Assembly: GCA_965612865.1 (NCBI GenBank)
Contig: CBFDTJ010000014.1
Span: 1 to 25,027 of the forward strand
Reading direction: 5' to 3'
Source of the DNA: an uncultured bacterium
GTDB taxonomy: Bacteria > Caldisericota > Caldisericia > B22-G15
DNA length: 25,027 bases
Shown: piece after piece, positions 7,145-16,371 of the stretch
How positions within the stretch are numbered: position 1 is the first letter of the stretch
How the letters are laid out: each line of letters opens with the position of its first letter
Program-made: the position numbers and the translations under genes
The notes under the pieces: generated by a model
Told to the model about the DNA's origin: nothing
Database searches by the model: none
What the model saw: the letters and a program-made list of their open reading frames with translations, nothing else

Positions 7145-7984
7145 ATGAGAAAGGATACTCTCTCCTTAATAGTTGCTACAATCCTCTGGGGAGTTACTTT
7201 TGTTGTTGTTAAGAAGGGTGTTGAGGCATATCATCCAGTATCATTTTTATTTTTAAGGTTCAGCATAACATTCCTTGTTCTCACGGTATTTATGGCTTTA
7301 ACAAAGAGAAAAATCAAAAATGAGATATTTGTAAAAGGATTGATACTTGGCATTTTTCTATTCTTTGGATACATTCTTCAAACTGTTGGTTTAAAATACA
7401 CAACCCCATCAAAGAGCGCATTTTTAACATCTCTTGCCGTGTTATTCACTCCATTTATATCTCTCTTTATACTCAAAACAAAGATAAAGTTTAGAACAGT
7501 GCTTGCCGTCATTTTAGCTTCCGCAGGAATATATCTTATGTTTGGGCTCTCAATAGATACAATTAACATTGGAGATATTCTTACAATTCTTTGTGCTGTA
7601 AGCTGGGCTTTTCACATTGTTTTCGTTGGACTTTTATCCATAAAAGAGGAAAACTTTGGACTTCTATTTGTGGAGGTATGGGTGGTTCTTATCCTGTCTG
7701 GGTTATTCATAATAACCACAGGAGTTAAGACAATTCCCATACCCACTGTTTCTCTAAATGGAGCAATAATAACTTCTCTCTTTGCAACCATTGTTCCTTT
7801 CTATATACAGCTAACTTTCCAGACAAGAGAAAACACCATAAAGGCAAACTTCATCTATGCCACAGAACCTGTTTTTGCTGCACTCTTTGAATTCTTCTTT
7901 TTAGGTGTTGTGTATGGAATTATAAATTATGTGGGTATGCTTTTTATTTTTCTTTCCGCTCTCCTTGCTCAGAAAGAAGGTTAA
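7145..7984 (+). CDS. EamA/DMT family transporter
   Basis: ILWGVTFVVVK, FLFLRF, LQTVGLKYTTPSKSAFLTSL, GDILTILCA and IYATEPVFA motifs; two EamA repeats. Confidence 0.93.
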   Translation: MRKDTLSLIVATILWGVTFVVVKKGVEAYHPVSFLFLRFSITFLVLTVFMALTKRKIKNEIFVKGLILGIFLFFGYILQTVGLKYTTPSKSAFLTSLAVLFTPFISLFILKTKIKFRTVLAVILASAGIYLMFGLSIDTINIGDILTILCAVSWAFHIVFVGLLSIKEENFGLLFVEVWVVLILSGLFIITTGVKTIPIPTVSLNGAIITSLFATIVPFYIQLTFQTRENTIKANFIYATEPVFAALFEFFFLGVVYGIINYVGMLFIFLSALLAQKEG

Positions 7985-8028
7985 AAATTCGCAACTCTGG
8001 GTGCCTGGCACCTGGCGTTGCATTTTTT
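7984..8028. terminator. likely bidirectional intrinsic terminator between convergent eamA and ecfT
   Basis: near-perfect 31-nt hairpin at 7991-8021 (GCAACTCTGGGTGCCTGGCACCTGGCGTTGC), T6 tract at 8023-8028 and an A-tract on the other side. Confidence 0.75.
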
Positions 8029-8040
8029 AAGTGAAGGAAG

Positions 8041-8841
8041 TTAAATTCCAAATATGATTGGGGAGATGCTTACAAAAATTGAAATTAAAAGAAAGATTGT
8101 ATCAGAAAATCTCCAGTTTAGTTTCCTCATGTAAGTTCTCTTCTTTCCTGGCTGGAAACATCTTATTTCCATAGCCACTGCAAGATCTTCTGCTCTTTTG
8201 AAGGCAGAGACAAAGAGAGGAACGAGGATGGGAATGAGACTTTTGGCTCTCTTAAATATGTTTCCTTCATCAAAGTTAGCACCTCTGCTGGTTTGAGCCT
8301 TTATAATCCTTTCTGCCTCTTCCATAAGCACTGGAATAAATCTTAAAGCAATGGTTATCATAATAACAAGTTCACCGGATGGGAAACCAATCTTTTCAAG
8401 GGGTAGAAGAAGGAACTCAAGACCCCTTGTAAGTTCAAGAGGAGTTGTGGTGAATGTAAGGATTGAAGAGATAAGTATAAGAAGGATGAGTCTTATACCT
8501 ATAAAACTTCCCCTCACAATACCCTCTCTTGTGAGTTTCAGGAAGTAGAATTTAAATATCACATGTCCCTCTGTAAAGAAGAAGTGGAAGAATATGGTAA
8601 AGACAAGGAGAATAAGTATTGGTTTCAGTCCCTTTAAAACATGCTTCACAGGAATTTTAGAAAGAATAAAGAGTATTAAAAGCAAAATAAAAACAGGAAT
8701 AAATCCATAAAGGGTCTTTGTAAAGAAAAGGAAGATCATCAGTATGAGGAATGAAACCATCTTTCCCCTTGGATCAAGGGAGTAAACAAATCCTTCACCT
8801 GGAAAGTACTGACCGACTATAAGAGTGTCTTTAGAAATCAT
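8041..8841 (-). CDS. ecfT: ECF transporter transmembrane T component
   Basis: GQYFPG..LDPRGK, TTTPLEL, IALRFIPVL, AQTSRGA, LVPLFVSAFKRAEDLAVAMEIRC. Confidence 0.95.
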   Translation of the reverse strand: MISKDTLIVGQYFPGEGFVYSLDPRGKMVSFLILMIFLFFTKTLYGFIPVFILLLILFILSKIPVKHVLKGLKPILILLVFTIFFHFFFTEGHVIFKFYFLKLTREGIVRGSFIGIRLILLILISSILTFTTTPLELTRGLEFLLLPLEKIGFPSGELVIMITIALRFIPVLMEEAERIIKAQTSRGANFDEGNIFKRAKSLIPILVPLFVSAFKRAEDLAVAMEIRCFQPGKKRTYMRKLNWRFSDTIFLLISIFVSISPIIFGI

Positions 8842-9710
8842 ATGTTTTTCACTATCTCCTTCTTTGCAATTAAGGAATCTCTAAAAGGCTCATCTATCTT
8901 AAATCCCTTCTCTTTCAGTTCCTCACCAAGAAGGAATATATCTGGCACTGAGAGATCAAAAAGTTCAACAATTTCCTTGTTTTTAAAAACTTCCTCAATT
9001 TCTCCCTCCACAACTATCCTTCCCTCCTTGAGAACAAAGATTCTATCAACAAGGGAGAGAATATCCTCCATAGAATGGGAAACAAATATGACAGTCACAT
9101 CCTTCTCACTCTTAAGCTTCTTAACAACAGAGAGTATCTCTTCCCTTCCCTGAGGATCAAGACCTGCCGTTGGCTCATCAAGAACAAGAATTTCAGGCTT
9201 CATTGAAAGAACTCCTGCTATTGCCACCCTTCTCTTTTCACCACCTGAAAGAGAGAATGGAGACCTTTCAAGATACTCACTGGTTAAACCAACCTCATCA
9301 ATAGCCCACATAACCCTTTCCTTCACTTCATCCTCTGAAAGTTTTAGATTCCTTGGACCAAAAGCAATATCATCGTAAACAGTTTCTGCAAAGAGCTGGG
9401 ATTCTGGAAATTGAAAAACAAGACCCACCTTTCTCCTTAGCTCTTTTAAAAACCTCTTATCATTTTTAATCTCTTCTCCAAAGACTTTTACAGTTCCAAC
9501 CTGTGGTAAGATAAGACCATTAAAATGCTGAATAAGTGTGGATTTTCCACTTCCTGTGTGTCCAACTATTCCCACAGCCTCCCCTTTAAAAATCTTGATA
9601 CTTACAGAAGTTAAGGCTTCTTTTTCATAGGGAAGCCCGCGACTGTAAATATAACTTAAACCCTTAACTTCAATTGCAATATCTCTTTTAAGAGATCCTC
9701 TCTCTTCCAA
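8838..9710 (-). CDS. ecfA2: ECF transporter ATPase A2
   Basis: GHTGSGKST, VFQFPESQLF, SPFSLSGGEKRRVAIAG, DEPTAGLDP; TTG start with GGAGGT SD. Confidence 0.93.
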   Translation of the reverse strand: MEERGSLKRDIAIEVKGLSYIYSRGLPYEKEALTSVSIKIFKGEAVGIVGHTGSGKSTLIQHFNGLILPQVGTVKVFGEEIKNDKRFLKELRRKVGLVFQFPESQLFAETVYDDIAFGPRNLKLSEDEVKERVMWAIDEVGLTSEYLERSPFSLSGGEKRRVAIAGVLSMKPEILVLDEPTAGLDPQGREEILSVVKKLKSEKDVTVIFVSHSMEDILSLVDRIFVLKEGRIVVEGEIEEVFKNKEIVELFDLSVPDIFLLGEELKEKGFKIDEPFRDSLIAKKEIVKNI

Positions 9711-10486
9711 AGCTTTACCTCCAGAGGGTATCCTTCCTTCTTCAACAAATAAGAAAGATAGGTGAGTGGGGGAACGGATAGATCAATACTTTTTAATCTC
9801 TCAACTTCTTTAAAGACATCTTGAGGGGGTCCATCCATCTCTATCCTTCCATCATTTAAAACTATTACCCTCTGCGACATTGATGCTTCTTCCATTCTGT
9901 GAGTTATAAGCACTATGGTTATACCCTTCTTATGTAATTTCAATATTAAATTAATTACATCTCTTCTTCCCCCTGGATCCAGAAGAGATGTTGGCTCATC
10001 AAGAACAAGGTACTTTGGCTCCATGACTAAAACACCTGCAATGGCAAGTTTCTGCTTCTGTCCCCCTGAGAGAAAATGGGGAGGAAAGTTTTTAAATTCG
10101 TAAAGACCAACCTCTTCAAGAACTCCATCAACCCTTTCTCTTATCTTATCTGGAGGAAAATTTAGATTTTCAAGTCCAAAGGCAACATCTTCTTCCACAA
10201 TCTGTGAAACAATCTGATTATCTGGATTCTGAAAAACCATGCCAACCTTCCTTCTTATCTTGTAAAGATTCTCCTCCTCCCTCGTGTTCATGCCATCAAC
10301 AAAAACCTCCCCTTCTGAGGGGAGGAGGAGAGCTGATATTAATCTTGCAAGAGTTGACTTACCTGATCCGTTTCTTCCTATTATGCTGACAAATTCACCC
10401 TTATCAATCTTAAGATTAACATCTTTAAGTACATCAATCCTTTCGGGTGAGAGGTAAGAAAAAGAAACATTCTTAAATTCAATCAC
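9656..10486 (-). CDS. ecfA1: ECF transporter ATPase A1
   Basis: GRNGSGKST, VFQNPDNQIV, LSGGQKQ, DEPTSLLDP; GTG start overlapping the rplQ stop. Confidence 0.93.
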   Translation of the reverse strand: MIEFKNVSFSYLSPERIDVLKDVNLKIDKGEFVSIIGRNGSGKSTLARLISALLLPSEGEVFVDGMNTREEENLYKIRRKVGMVFQNPDNQIVSQIVEEDVAFGLENLNFPPDKIRERVDGVLEEVGLYEFKNFPPHFLSGGQKQKLAIAGVLVMEPKYLVLDEPTSLLDPGGRRDVINLILKLHKKGITIVLITHRMEEASMSQRVIVLNDGRIEMDGPPQDVFKEVERLKSIDLSVPPLTYLSYLLKKEGYPLEVKLWKREDLLKEILQLKLRV

Positions 10487-10836
10487 TCTTTTATAAGCTC
10501 AATTATTACCTGGAACGAACCATCACCCCTTCTTTCACCTAAGGGAATTATTCTGGTGTATCCACCATCTCTTCCTTCAAACCTGTCTTTAATTTCCTCA
10601 AGATGCTTACCTGCTTCCTTTGAAAGAAGAAGCGAATAAACTTTTCTCCAATCATGGAGTGTATCTTTCTTTGCCCATGTTATAACCCTGTCTGCAAGTC
10701 TTCTAACTTCCTTTGCCCTTGCCTCAGTGGTTACAATTCTTTCATGGATAATAAGAGATGTAAGAAGATTCCTTAGCATCATTTTCCTGTGAGAAGGAAA
10801 TCTGTTTAGTTTTCTATAGCCTGCTCTATGCCTCAT
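10483..10836 (-). CDS. rplQ: 50S ribosomal protein L17
   Basis: MRHR..RKLNR..HR, ERIVTTEARAKE, GGYTRI, RRGD. Confidence 0.98.
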   Translation of the reverse strand: MRHRAGYRKLNRFPSHRKMMLRNLLTSLIIHERIVTTEARAKEVRRLADRVITWAKKDTLHDWRKVYSLLLSKEAGKHLEEIKDRFEGRDGGYTRIIPLGERRGDGSFQVIIELIKE

Positions 10837-11954
10837 TTTTTCTTCTCCTTTCTAAGAAATAGATTCCATTTCCTAAGTTTGTTCTCTATCCTCTTAACCC
10901 TCTTTGAGGGAAGCTCAAATTTATCAGACAGAAGATCTGAAGCACTATACCCTAAAAGATCCTTTAAGGTCTTTATTCCGCCCTCTTTTAATCTCATGAG
11001 CTCCTCATCGGTCAATGCAAATTCATCCATAAGTTCATCAATTGGCTTAGAGAAGAATGAAGGCTCTTCCACAGCCTCTTCTGTTTTGAAGAGCACCTCT
11101 CTTATCTCCTCAATGGACTTCTCTCCTATTCCTCTTATATCCTTTATGTCTCCAGAATTTACCAGCTTTTTAAGTTGGGTGACTGTCTCTATTCCCTCTT
11201 TTCTTAAGATGTTCTTTATTCTACTTGGAATGGGGAGTAACTCCACAGAGAGTTCTTTCTTTACCTCTTCCTCTTTGAATTCGCTTATAATGCCCATGTA
11301 ATACTTGAGAATCTCAGATGCTTCCTTCAAGGCTTTTCTCGGGTTTATTGCACCATTGGTATAGATTTCCATAACCAGTTTCTCTCTCTTCGGGAATGGT
11401 GCAACATCTGAAGAAGAGACCTCAAAATTTACCTTCCTTATGGGGGAGAAAATTGTATCCATAAATATTGTATTTATTGGAAATCCCTTCTCCTTATTCT
11501 CTGATTCTAAATTGTATCCAAAACCTCTTTTAACATAAGCAGTAATCTCTACTTCACCTTTCTTGTCTGTTATGGTGAATAGGTGCTGATCCGGGTTCAC
11601 TATCTCTATATTTGGATTTGGGTCAAAGTCCGAAGCCTTAACCTCCTTTTCTCCTTTAACTTTCAGGTGAAGTTTATCTCTATCAAGTGAACCCTTTATT
11701 ATTACCTGTTTTAAATTAAATATTATTTCTGGCACATCTTCATACACATGAGGAATAGATGTAAATTCGTGGGTGATACCACTTATTTCCACAGCGTAAA
11801 TGCCATAACCTCTTATGGAAGAAAGAAGAACTCTCCTTAGAGCGTTGCCAAGTGTTATTCCATAACCTCTATAGAGAGGATCAACAACAAACTTTAAGTA
11901 ATTCTCCTTCTCTTCCAGGACTTTTACTTTCGGTCTTCCACTTAAATACTCCAT
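10833..11954 (-). CDS. rpoA: DNA-directed RNA polymerase subunit alpha (373 aa, two alphaCTD-like domains)
   Basis: PLYRGYGITLGNALRRVLLSSI, HEFTSI, FSPIRKVNFEV; located between rpsD and rplQ. Confidence 0.97.
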   Translation of the reverse strand: MEYLSGRPKVKVLEEKENYLKFVVDPLYRGYGITLGNALRRVLLSSIRGYGIYAVEISGITHEFTSIPHVYEDVPEIIFNLKQVIIKGSLDRDKLHLKVKGEKEVKASDFDPNPNIEIVNPDQHLFTITDKKGEVEITAYVKRGFGYNLESENKEKGFPINTIFMDTIFSPIRKVNFEVSSSDVAPFPKREKLVMEIYTNGAINPRKALKEASEILKYYMGIISEFKEEEVKKELSVELLPIPSRIKNILRKEGIETVTQLKKLVNSGDIKDIRGIGEKSIEEIREVLFKTEEAVEEPSFFSKPIDELMDEFALTDEELMRLKEGGIKTLKDLLGYSASDLLSDKFELPSKRVKRIENKLRKWNLFLRKEKKK

Positions 11955-11964
11955 CTTTCACCCC

Positions 11965-12591
11965 TTACTTGGAGTAGAACTCAACAACGAGTTCTTCTTT
12001 AATTGGAGTATCTATCTGGTCTCTTGTGGGAACTGAAAGAACCTCTATTGTAAAGTTGTCAAAGTTTGTGTTGAGCCATGGAGGAACAAAGGGTTTTTGC
12101 TCTATGGCAGAAAGAACTGTGGGTATATTTTTTGCCTTTGGTCTTAACTGAATCTTGTCTCCTGGTTTTACCTCAAAGGATGGAATTGTAACTTTTCTTC
12201 CATTTACAAGAACATGACCATGGGAGACAAGCTGTCTTGCAGCAGACCTTGAAACTGAAAGTCCTCCTCTAAAAACTACATTGTCGAGCCTTCTCTCAAG
12301 TAGCTCAAGGAGTTTTTCACCTGTGGCAATCTTTCTCTGAGATGCAGCTCTTTCAAAGTACCTTCTAAACTGTCTCTCCATAACTCCATATATCTTCCTT
12401 AGTTTCTGTTTCTCCCAGAGATGTATTGCATAATCTGAGGGTTTGGATTTTCTTCTTATACCCTGCATACCTGGTGGAGAGAACTTTCTCTCAAGGGGAC
12501 ATTTGGATGTATAGCACTTTTCACCCTTTAGAAACAGTTTCACACCAAGTCTTCTGCAAACTCTACATTTGGGTTTGGTAAGTTTAGCCAT
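11965..12591 (-). CDS. rpsD: 30S ribosomal protein S4 (zinc-binding form)
   Basis: CRVCRR..LFLKGEKC, LERRLDNVVFR, ARQLVSHGH, VVEFYSK; start moved to ATG 12591, which has a GGAGGT SD. Confidence 0.97.
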   Translation of the reverse strand: MAKLTKPKCRVCRRLGVKLFLKGEKCYTSKCPLERKFSPPGMQGIRRKSKPSDYAIHLWEKQKLRKIYGVMERQFRRYFERAASQRKIATGEKLLELLERRLDNVVFRGGLSVSRSAARQLVSHGHVLVNGRKVTIPSFEVKPGDKIQLRPKAKNIPTVLSAIEQKPFVPPWLNTNFDNFTIEVLSVPTRDQIDTPIKEELVVEFYSK

Positions 12592-12602
12592 ATCTACCTC
12601 CT

Positions 12603-12977
12603 TTAGACCCTTCTTCTCTTTGGAGGTCTGCAACCATTATGTGGAATTGGTGTTACATCCTTTATGGATTTAACAACCAGACCTCCAGTTTGAAGAGCTC
12701 TTACTGCAGTCTCTCTACCTGGACCTGGACCTTTAATAAAGACATCAACATACTTTGCTCCCATATTTACTGCCTTTTTTGCAACTGACTCTGCTGTAAG
12801 CTGAGCAGCAAAAGGTGTACCTTTTTTTGTCCCTTTAAACCCAGCAGTACCTGCAGAACCCCATGTAATCACATTGCCATTCTTATCAGTAATGGTAACT
12901 ATTGTATTGTTGAATGTGGACTGAATATAAGCATTCACATACTCGTCTATTCTTTTTTTCTTTTTCTTTTTAGCCAT
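12603..12977 (-). CDS. rpsK: 30S ribosomal protein S11
   Basis: [45 protein letters not shown]. Confidence 0.98.
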   Translation of the reverse strand: MAKKKKKKRIDEYVNAYIQSTFNNTIVTITDKNGNVITWGSAGTAGFKGTKKGTPFAAQLTAESVAKKAVNMGAKYVDVFIKGPGPGRETAVRALQTGGLVVKSIKDVTPIPHNGCRPPKRRRV

Positions 12978-12989
12978 CTACTCCTCCTT

Positions 12990-13355
12990 TTATCTCTTTC
13001 TTCCTATAGTTTTCCTTGGGCCTTTTCTTGTCCTTGCGTTGGTTCTTGTTCTCTGACCTCTTACTGGAAGACCCCTCTTGTGCCTCATTCCTCTATAGCA
13101 GTTAATGTCTACGAGTCTTCTGATGTTGGAAGCGATTTCTTTACGAAGCTCTCCTTCAACCTTGTAGTTCTTGGGGATGAACTCGTTAAGAGCCTTAATC
13201 TCCTCCGGTGTCAGGTCTTTCACTTTTTTGTTTATGTCAAGACCCACCTTCTCAACTATCTCCTTAGCCCTTGAGTGACCTATACCATAAATATAAGTCA
13301 GGGCTATATCTATTCTCTTGTTTTTTGGTAAATCTATACCAACAACTCTTGCCAT
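12990..13355 (-). CDS. rpsM: 30S ribosomal protein S13
   Basis: [33 protein letters not shown]. Confidence 0.98.
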   Translation of the reverse strand: MARVVGIDLPKNKRIDIALTYIYGIGHSRAKEIVEKVGLDINKKVKDLTPEEIKALNEFIPKNYKVEGELRKEIASNIRRLVDINCYRGMRHKRGLPVRGQRTRTNARTRKGPRKTIGRKR

Positions 13356-13363
13356 AACTCCTC

Positions 13364-13477
13364 CTATCCTTGTCTCTGTTTATGTTTTGGGTTAGAGCAA
13401 ATTACCATAACCCTTCCCTTTCTTTTTATAATCCTGCACTTAGGACATATCTTTTTTACTGAAGACCTTACCTTCAT
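13364..13477 (-). CDS. rpmJ: 50S ribosomal protein L36 (not in the ORF track)
   Basis: manual translation gives [39 protein letters not shown] upstream. Confidence 0.98.
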   Translation of the reverse strand: MKVRSSVKKICPKCRIIKRKGRVMVICSNPKHKQRQG

Positions 13478-13488
13478 CCTATCCTCCT

Positions 13489-13710
13489 TTAAGAAAGTCT
13501 ATAAACAATTCTACCCTGAGTAGGGTCGTATATAGATATCTGGAGTTTAACTCTATCTCCAGGAACAACCCTGATGGAGTGGAGTCTCATTTTTCCACTC
13601 ACAAAGGCTTTTATTATTTTTCCGTTTGGAAGCTTAACCTTAAAGTTCATGTTCGGAAGAGTCTCAACAACAATTCCTTCTACTTCTACGTATTCTTTTT
13701 TCTTTTCCAT
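13489..13710 (-). CDS. infA: translation initiation factor IF-1
   Basis: [36 protein letters not shown] overlaps the map TGA (in-frame GTG at 13713 also possible). Confidence 0.97.
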   Translation of the reverse strand: MEKKKEYVEVEGIVVETLPNMNFKVKLPNGKIIKAFVSGKMRLHSIRVVPGDRVKLQISIYDPTQGRIVYRLS

Positions 13711-14471
13711 CACCTCACCTCCTCTGGAACAGTGAGAATCAAAGGACCCTTTGCTGTAATAGCAATTGTGTGTTCAAAGTGCACACACGGACCATCATCA
13801 ACAGTTTTTGCAGTCCATCCGTCGTCCTCTACCTTCGTCTTTCCGCTACCTATACATATCATCGGTTCAATGGCTATGGTCATTCCTTCCTTTAATACAG
13901 GTCCTTCACTCCTGTCTCCAAAGTTTGGAACCTGCGGATCCTCATGTAAACTCCTACCAATTCCGTGTCCCACATACTCCTTTACAACACTAAAACCATT
14001 CTCTTTCACAAACTCTTCAATGGCATTAGATATAACTCCACGTCTGTTTCCTACCTTCGCCTTTGATATCCCAAGGTAAAGTGCTCTCTCTCCAACCTCA
14101 AGAAGTTTTCTTTTTTTCTTGTCTATTTCTCCAACAGGAACTGTAAATGCCATATCTGAGTAGTATCCTTTATATTTAAGTCCTATATCAAGAGACACGA
14201 GGTCTCCGTCTTTGAACACCTTTTCCTTTGACGGAAAACCGTGAACTACCTCACTGTTCACAGAGACGCAGAGCGTATAAGGATAGCCTCTATAACCCTT
14301 AAAGGCAGGTTCTGCATTGAGGCTCCTTATCTTTTTCTCAGCAAACTCATTCAGTTTGTACGCAGAGACTCCTTCCTTTACCATCTTTTTTAACTCTTCC
14401 ATCACCTCTGAGAGAAGCATTCCAGCTCTTCTCATAATTTCTATTTCAGCCTTACTCTTTAGTATTATCAT
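13710..14471 (-). CDS. map: methionine aminopeptidase type I
   Basis: [41 protein letters not shown]. Confidence 0.97.
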   Translation of the reverse strand: MIILKSKAEIEIMRRAGMLLSEVMEELKKMVKEGVSAYKLNEFAEKKIRSLNAEPAFKGYRGYPYTLCVSVNSEVVHGFPSKEKVFKDGDLVSLDIGLKYKGYYSDMAFTVPVGEIDKKKRKLLEVGERALYLGISKAKVGNRRGVISNAIEEFVKENGFSVVKEYVGHGIGRSLHEDPQVPNFGDRSEGPVLKEGMTIAIEPMICIGSGKTKVEDDGWTAKTVDDGPCVHFEHTIAITAKGPLILTVPEEVR

Positions 14472-15099
14472 CTATAGTCTTCACTATTCTATTAAAAACT
14501 TCATCAGGAGTTCCTTCTCCATCTATCTCGAAGAGTATTTTCCTCTCTCTATAAAAATCTATAAGAGGGAGGGTATTCTTCTTAAACTCCTCAATTCTCT
14601 TTTTAACAACTTCGAGATTGTCATCTTCTCTCTGAATTAACTTTTCACCATCAAAATCGCAAATTTCGTCGTTCTTTGGAGGATTAAAATAGATATTGTA
14701 AATCCTCCCGCATTTAGGACAAACTCTTCTTCCTGTTATTCTCTTTACAATTGTATCCTCAGAAAGTGTAAGGTAAAGAACAAAATTCAAAGGATTGTTG
14801 TTTAGTTTAAGAAACTTTTCAAGTTGCTCTGCCTGAAATAGAGTTCTTGGAAAACCATCAAGGACAAAACCTTCCAAATTATTAATTTTATCAAAAACTA
14901 TTTCATTTACAACTTCATCGGGAACAAGCTTTCCCTCTTTAAGGATGTCTTTCACCTTTTTTCCAAGAGGAGTCTCATTTCTTATATTCTCTCTGAATAT
15001 ATCTCCTGTAGCGATATATGGAATATTAAACTTTTCTGAAAGTTTTCTTCCCTGAGTTCCTTTACCAACTCCAATGTTTCCAAGCATGACAATCTTCAT
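14452..15099 (-). CDS. adk: adenylate kinase with zinc-binding LID
   Basis: GKGTQ, TGDIFR, GKLVPD, LDGFPRT, GRRVCPKC..CDFDG, QREDD. Confidence 0.97.
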   Translation of the reverse strand: MKIVMLGNIGVGKGTQGRKLSEKFNIPYIATGDIFRENIRNETPLGKKVKDILKEGKLVPDEVVNEIVFDKINNLEGFVLDGFPRTLFQAEQLEKFLKLNNNPLNFVLYLTLSEDTIVKRITGRRVCPKCGRIYNIYFNPPKNDEICDFDGEKLIQREDDNLEVVKKRIEEFKKNTLPLIDFYRERKILFEIDGEGTPDEVFNRIVKTIDDNTKE

Positions 15100-16367
15100 T
15101 TGAGGAGTCCCTCGTAGTGACGCATCTTCACATAGGCATCTATCTGTTGAACGGTCTCAAGAGCAACTCCTATAATAATAAGTATTGAGGTACCTCCAAA
15201 ATAGAAAGCTCGTATATTTACAGCTCCAAAGAAATAGTTAGGCACTATAGCTATAAGGCCAAGGATTATTGCTGCAGGCAGTGTAATTCTGTTGATAATC
15301 TTTGCAATGTACTGAGCGGTTGCCTTCCCTGGTCTTACTCCTGGGATAAAACCTCCCCATTTCTTCAGATTGTCTGATAGTTCCTGAGGATTAAAGGAAA
15401 TCTCGGTATAGAAATAGGTGAAGAAGACTACAAGAAGGAAGAAAGTAAGGTTGTATGTAATTGATGTTCTGCTTGTTAACGCCCTTGCTACATTCTCAAT
15501 CCATGTACCGGGGAAAAACTGACCTAAAGTTGCAGGGAACATGATAAAGGAAGATGCAAAAATTATTGGTAAGATTCCAGCCTGAATTAACCTTAAGGGA
15601 ATGTATGTGGACTGTCCTCCATAGATTCTTCTTCCAACTATTCTTTTTGCATACTGAACTGGAACTCTTCTTTCAGATTGATAAAGATATAGAATTGCAA
15701 ATAGTATCGCAAGAAGTCCAACAACTGCAATTAATATCTGAACAAGTGTAATTCCTCCAGCTTTTCCGTAAAGTCTTGCAATCTCACCTATGCCAAGAGG
15801 AATTCTACTCACTATTCCTGCAAATATAATTAAAGAAACGCCATTTCCTATACCTTTCTGACTTATAATCTCTCCAATCCAGTAAAGAACATAGGTTCCT
15901 GCAACGAGTGTAAAGATTATAGTTGCCTTTGATAGAAGTCCTGTAGCAGTAACTGCACCGTTGTTTGTAAAGGTGATAAGGAGAGCAAAAGCCTGTATTA
16001 GAGCAAGAAAAAATGTAAGATACTTTGTCCAGACTGCAATCTTTCTTCTTCCTTCTTCTCCACCCTCTTTCATAAGCTCCTCAAGGGATGGGAATACAGC
16101 ACCAAGAAGCTGCATGATGATGGATGCGTTGATGTATGGGAAAACTCCAAGAGCAAAGATTGAGAAGTTTGAAAGACCACCTCCAGCAAACATATCCATA
16201 AGGGAAAGCAAACCTCCCTTTTCAACAGCTTGCTTTAGGAGTTCTCTATTCACACCTGGAACAGGAATAAAGGTTCCCAATCTGAAGAGACCAAACATAA
16301 AGAGGGTAAATATTATTCTGTTTCTAAGTTCTTTTATTCTTAAAGCATTCTTCAAAAGGTTCCACAT
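15096..16367 (-). CDS. secY: preprotein translocase subunit SecY
   Basis: SIFALGVFPYINASII, GIGNGVSLIIFAGI, AGILPIIFASS, FIPGVRPG, GGTSILI. Confidence 0.98.
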   Translation of the reverse strand: MWNLLKNALRIKELRNRIIFTLFMFGLFRLGTFIPVPGVNRELLKQAVEKGGLLSLMDMFAGGGLSNFSIFALGVFPYINASIIMQLLGAVFPSLEELMKEGGEEGRRKIAVWTKYLTFFLALIQAFALLITFTNNGAVTATGLLSKATIIFTLVAGTYVLYWIGEIISQKGIGNGVSLIIFAGIVSRIPLGIGEIARLYGKAGGITLVQILIAVVGLLAILFAILYLYQSERRVPVQYAKRIVGRRIYGGQSTYIPLRLIQAGILPIIFASSFIMFPATLGQFFPGTWIENVARALTSRTSITYNLTFFLLVVFFTYFYTEISFNPQELSDNLKKWGGFIPGVRPGKATAQYIAKIINRITLPAAIILGLIAIVPNYFFGAVNIRAFYFGGTSILIIIGVALETVQQIDAYVKMRHYEGLLK

Positions 16368-16371
16368 CTTC

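Noticed and set aside
12592..12633. N-terminal extensions of S4 (and likewise L24, S8 and L4) given by the ORF track
   Set aside because: Downstream starts with well-spaced SD sequences match the normal protein N-termini; the extensions come from longest-ORF calling.
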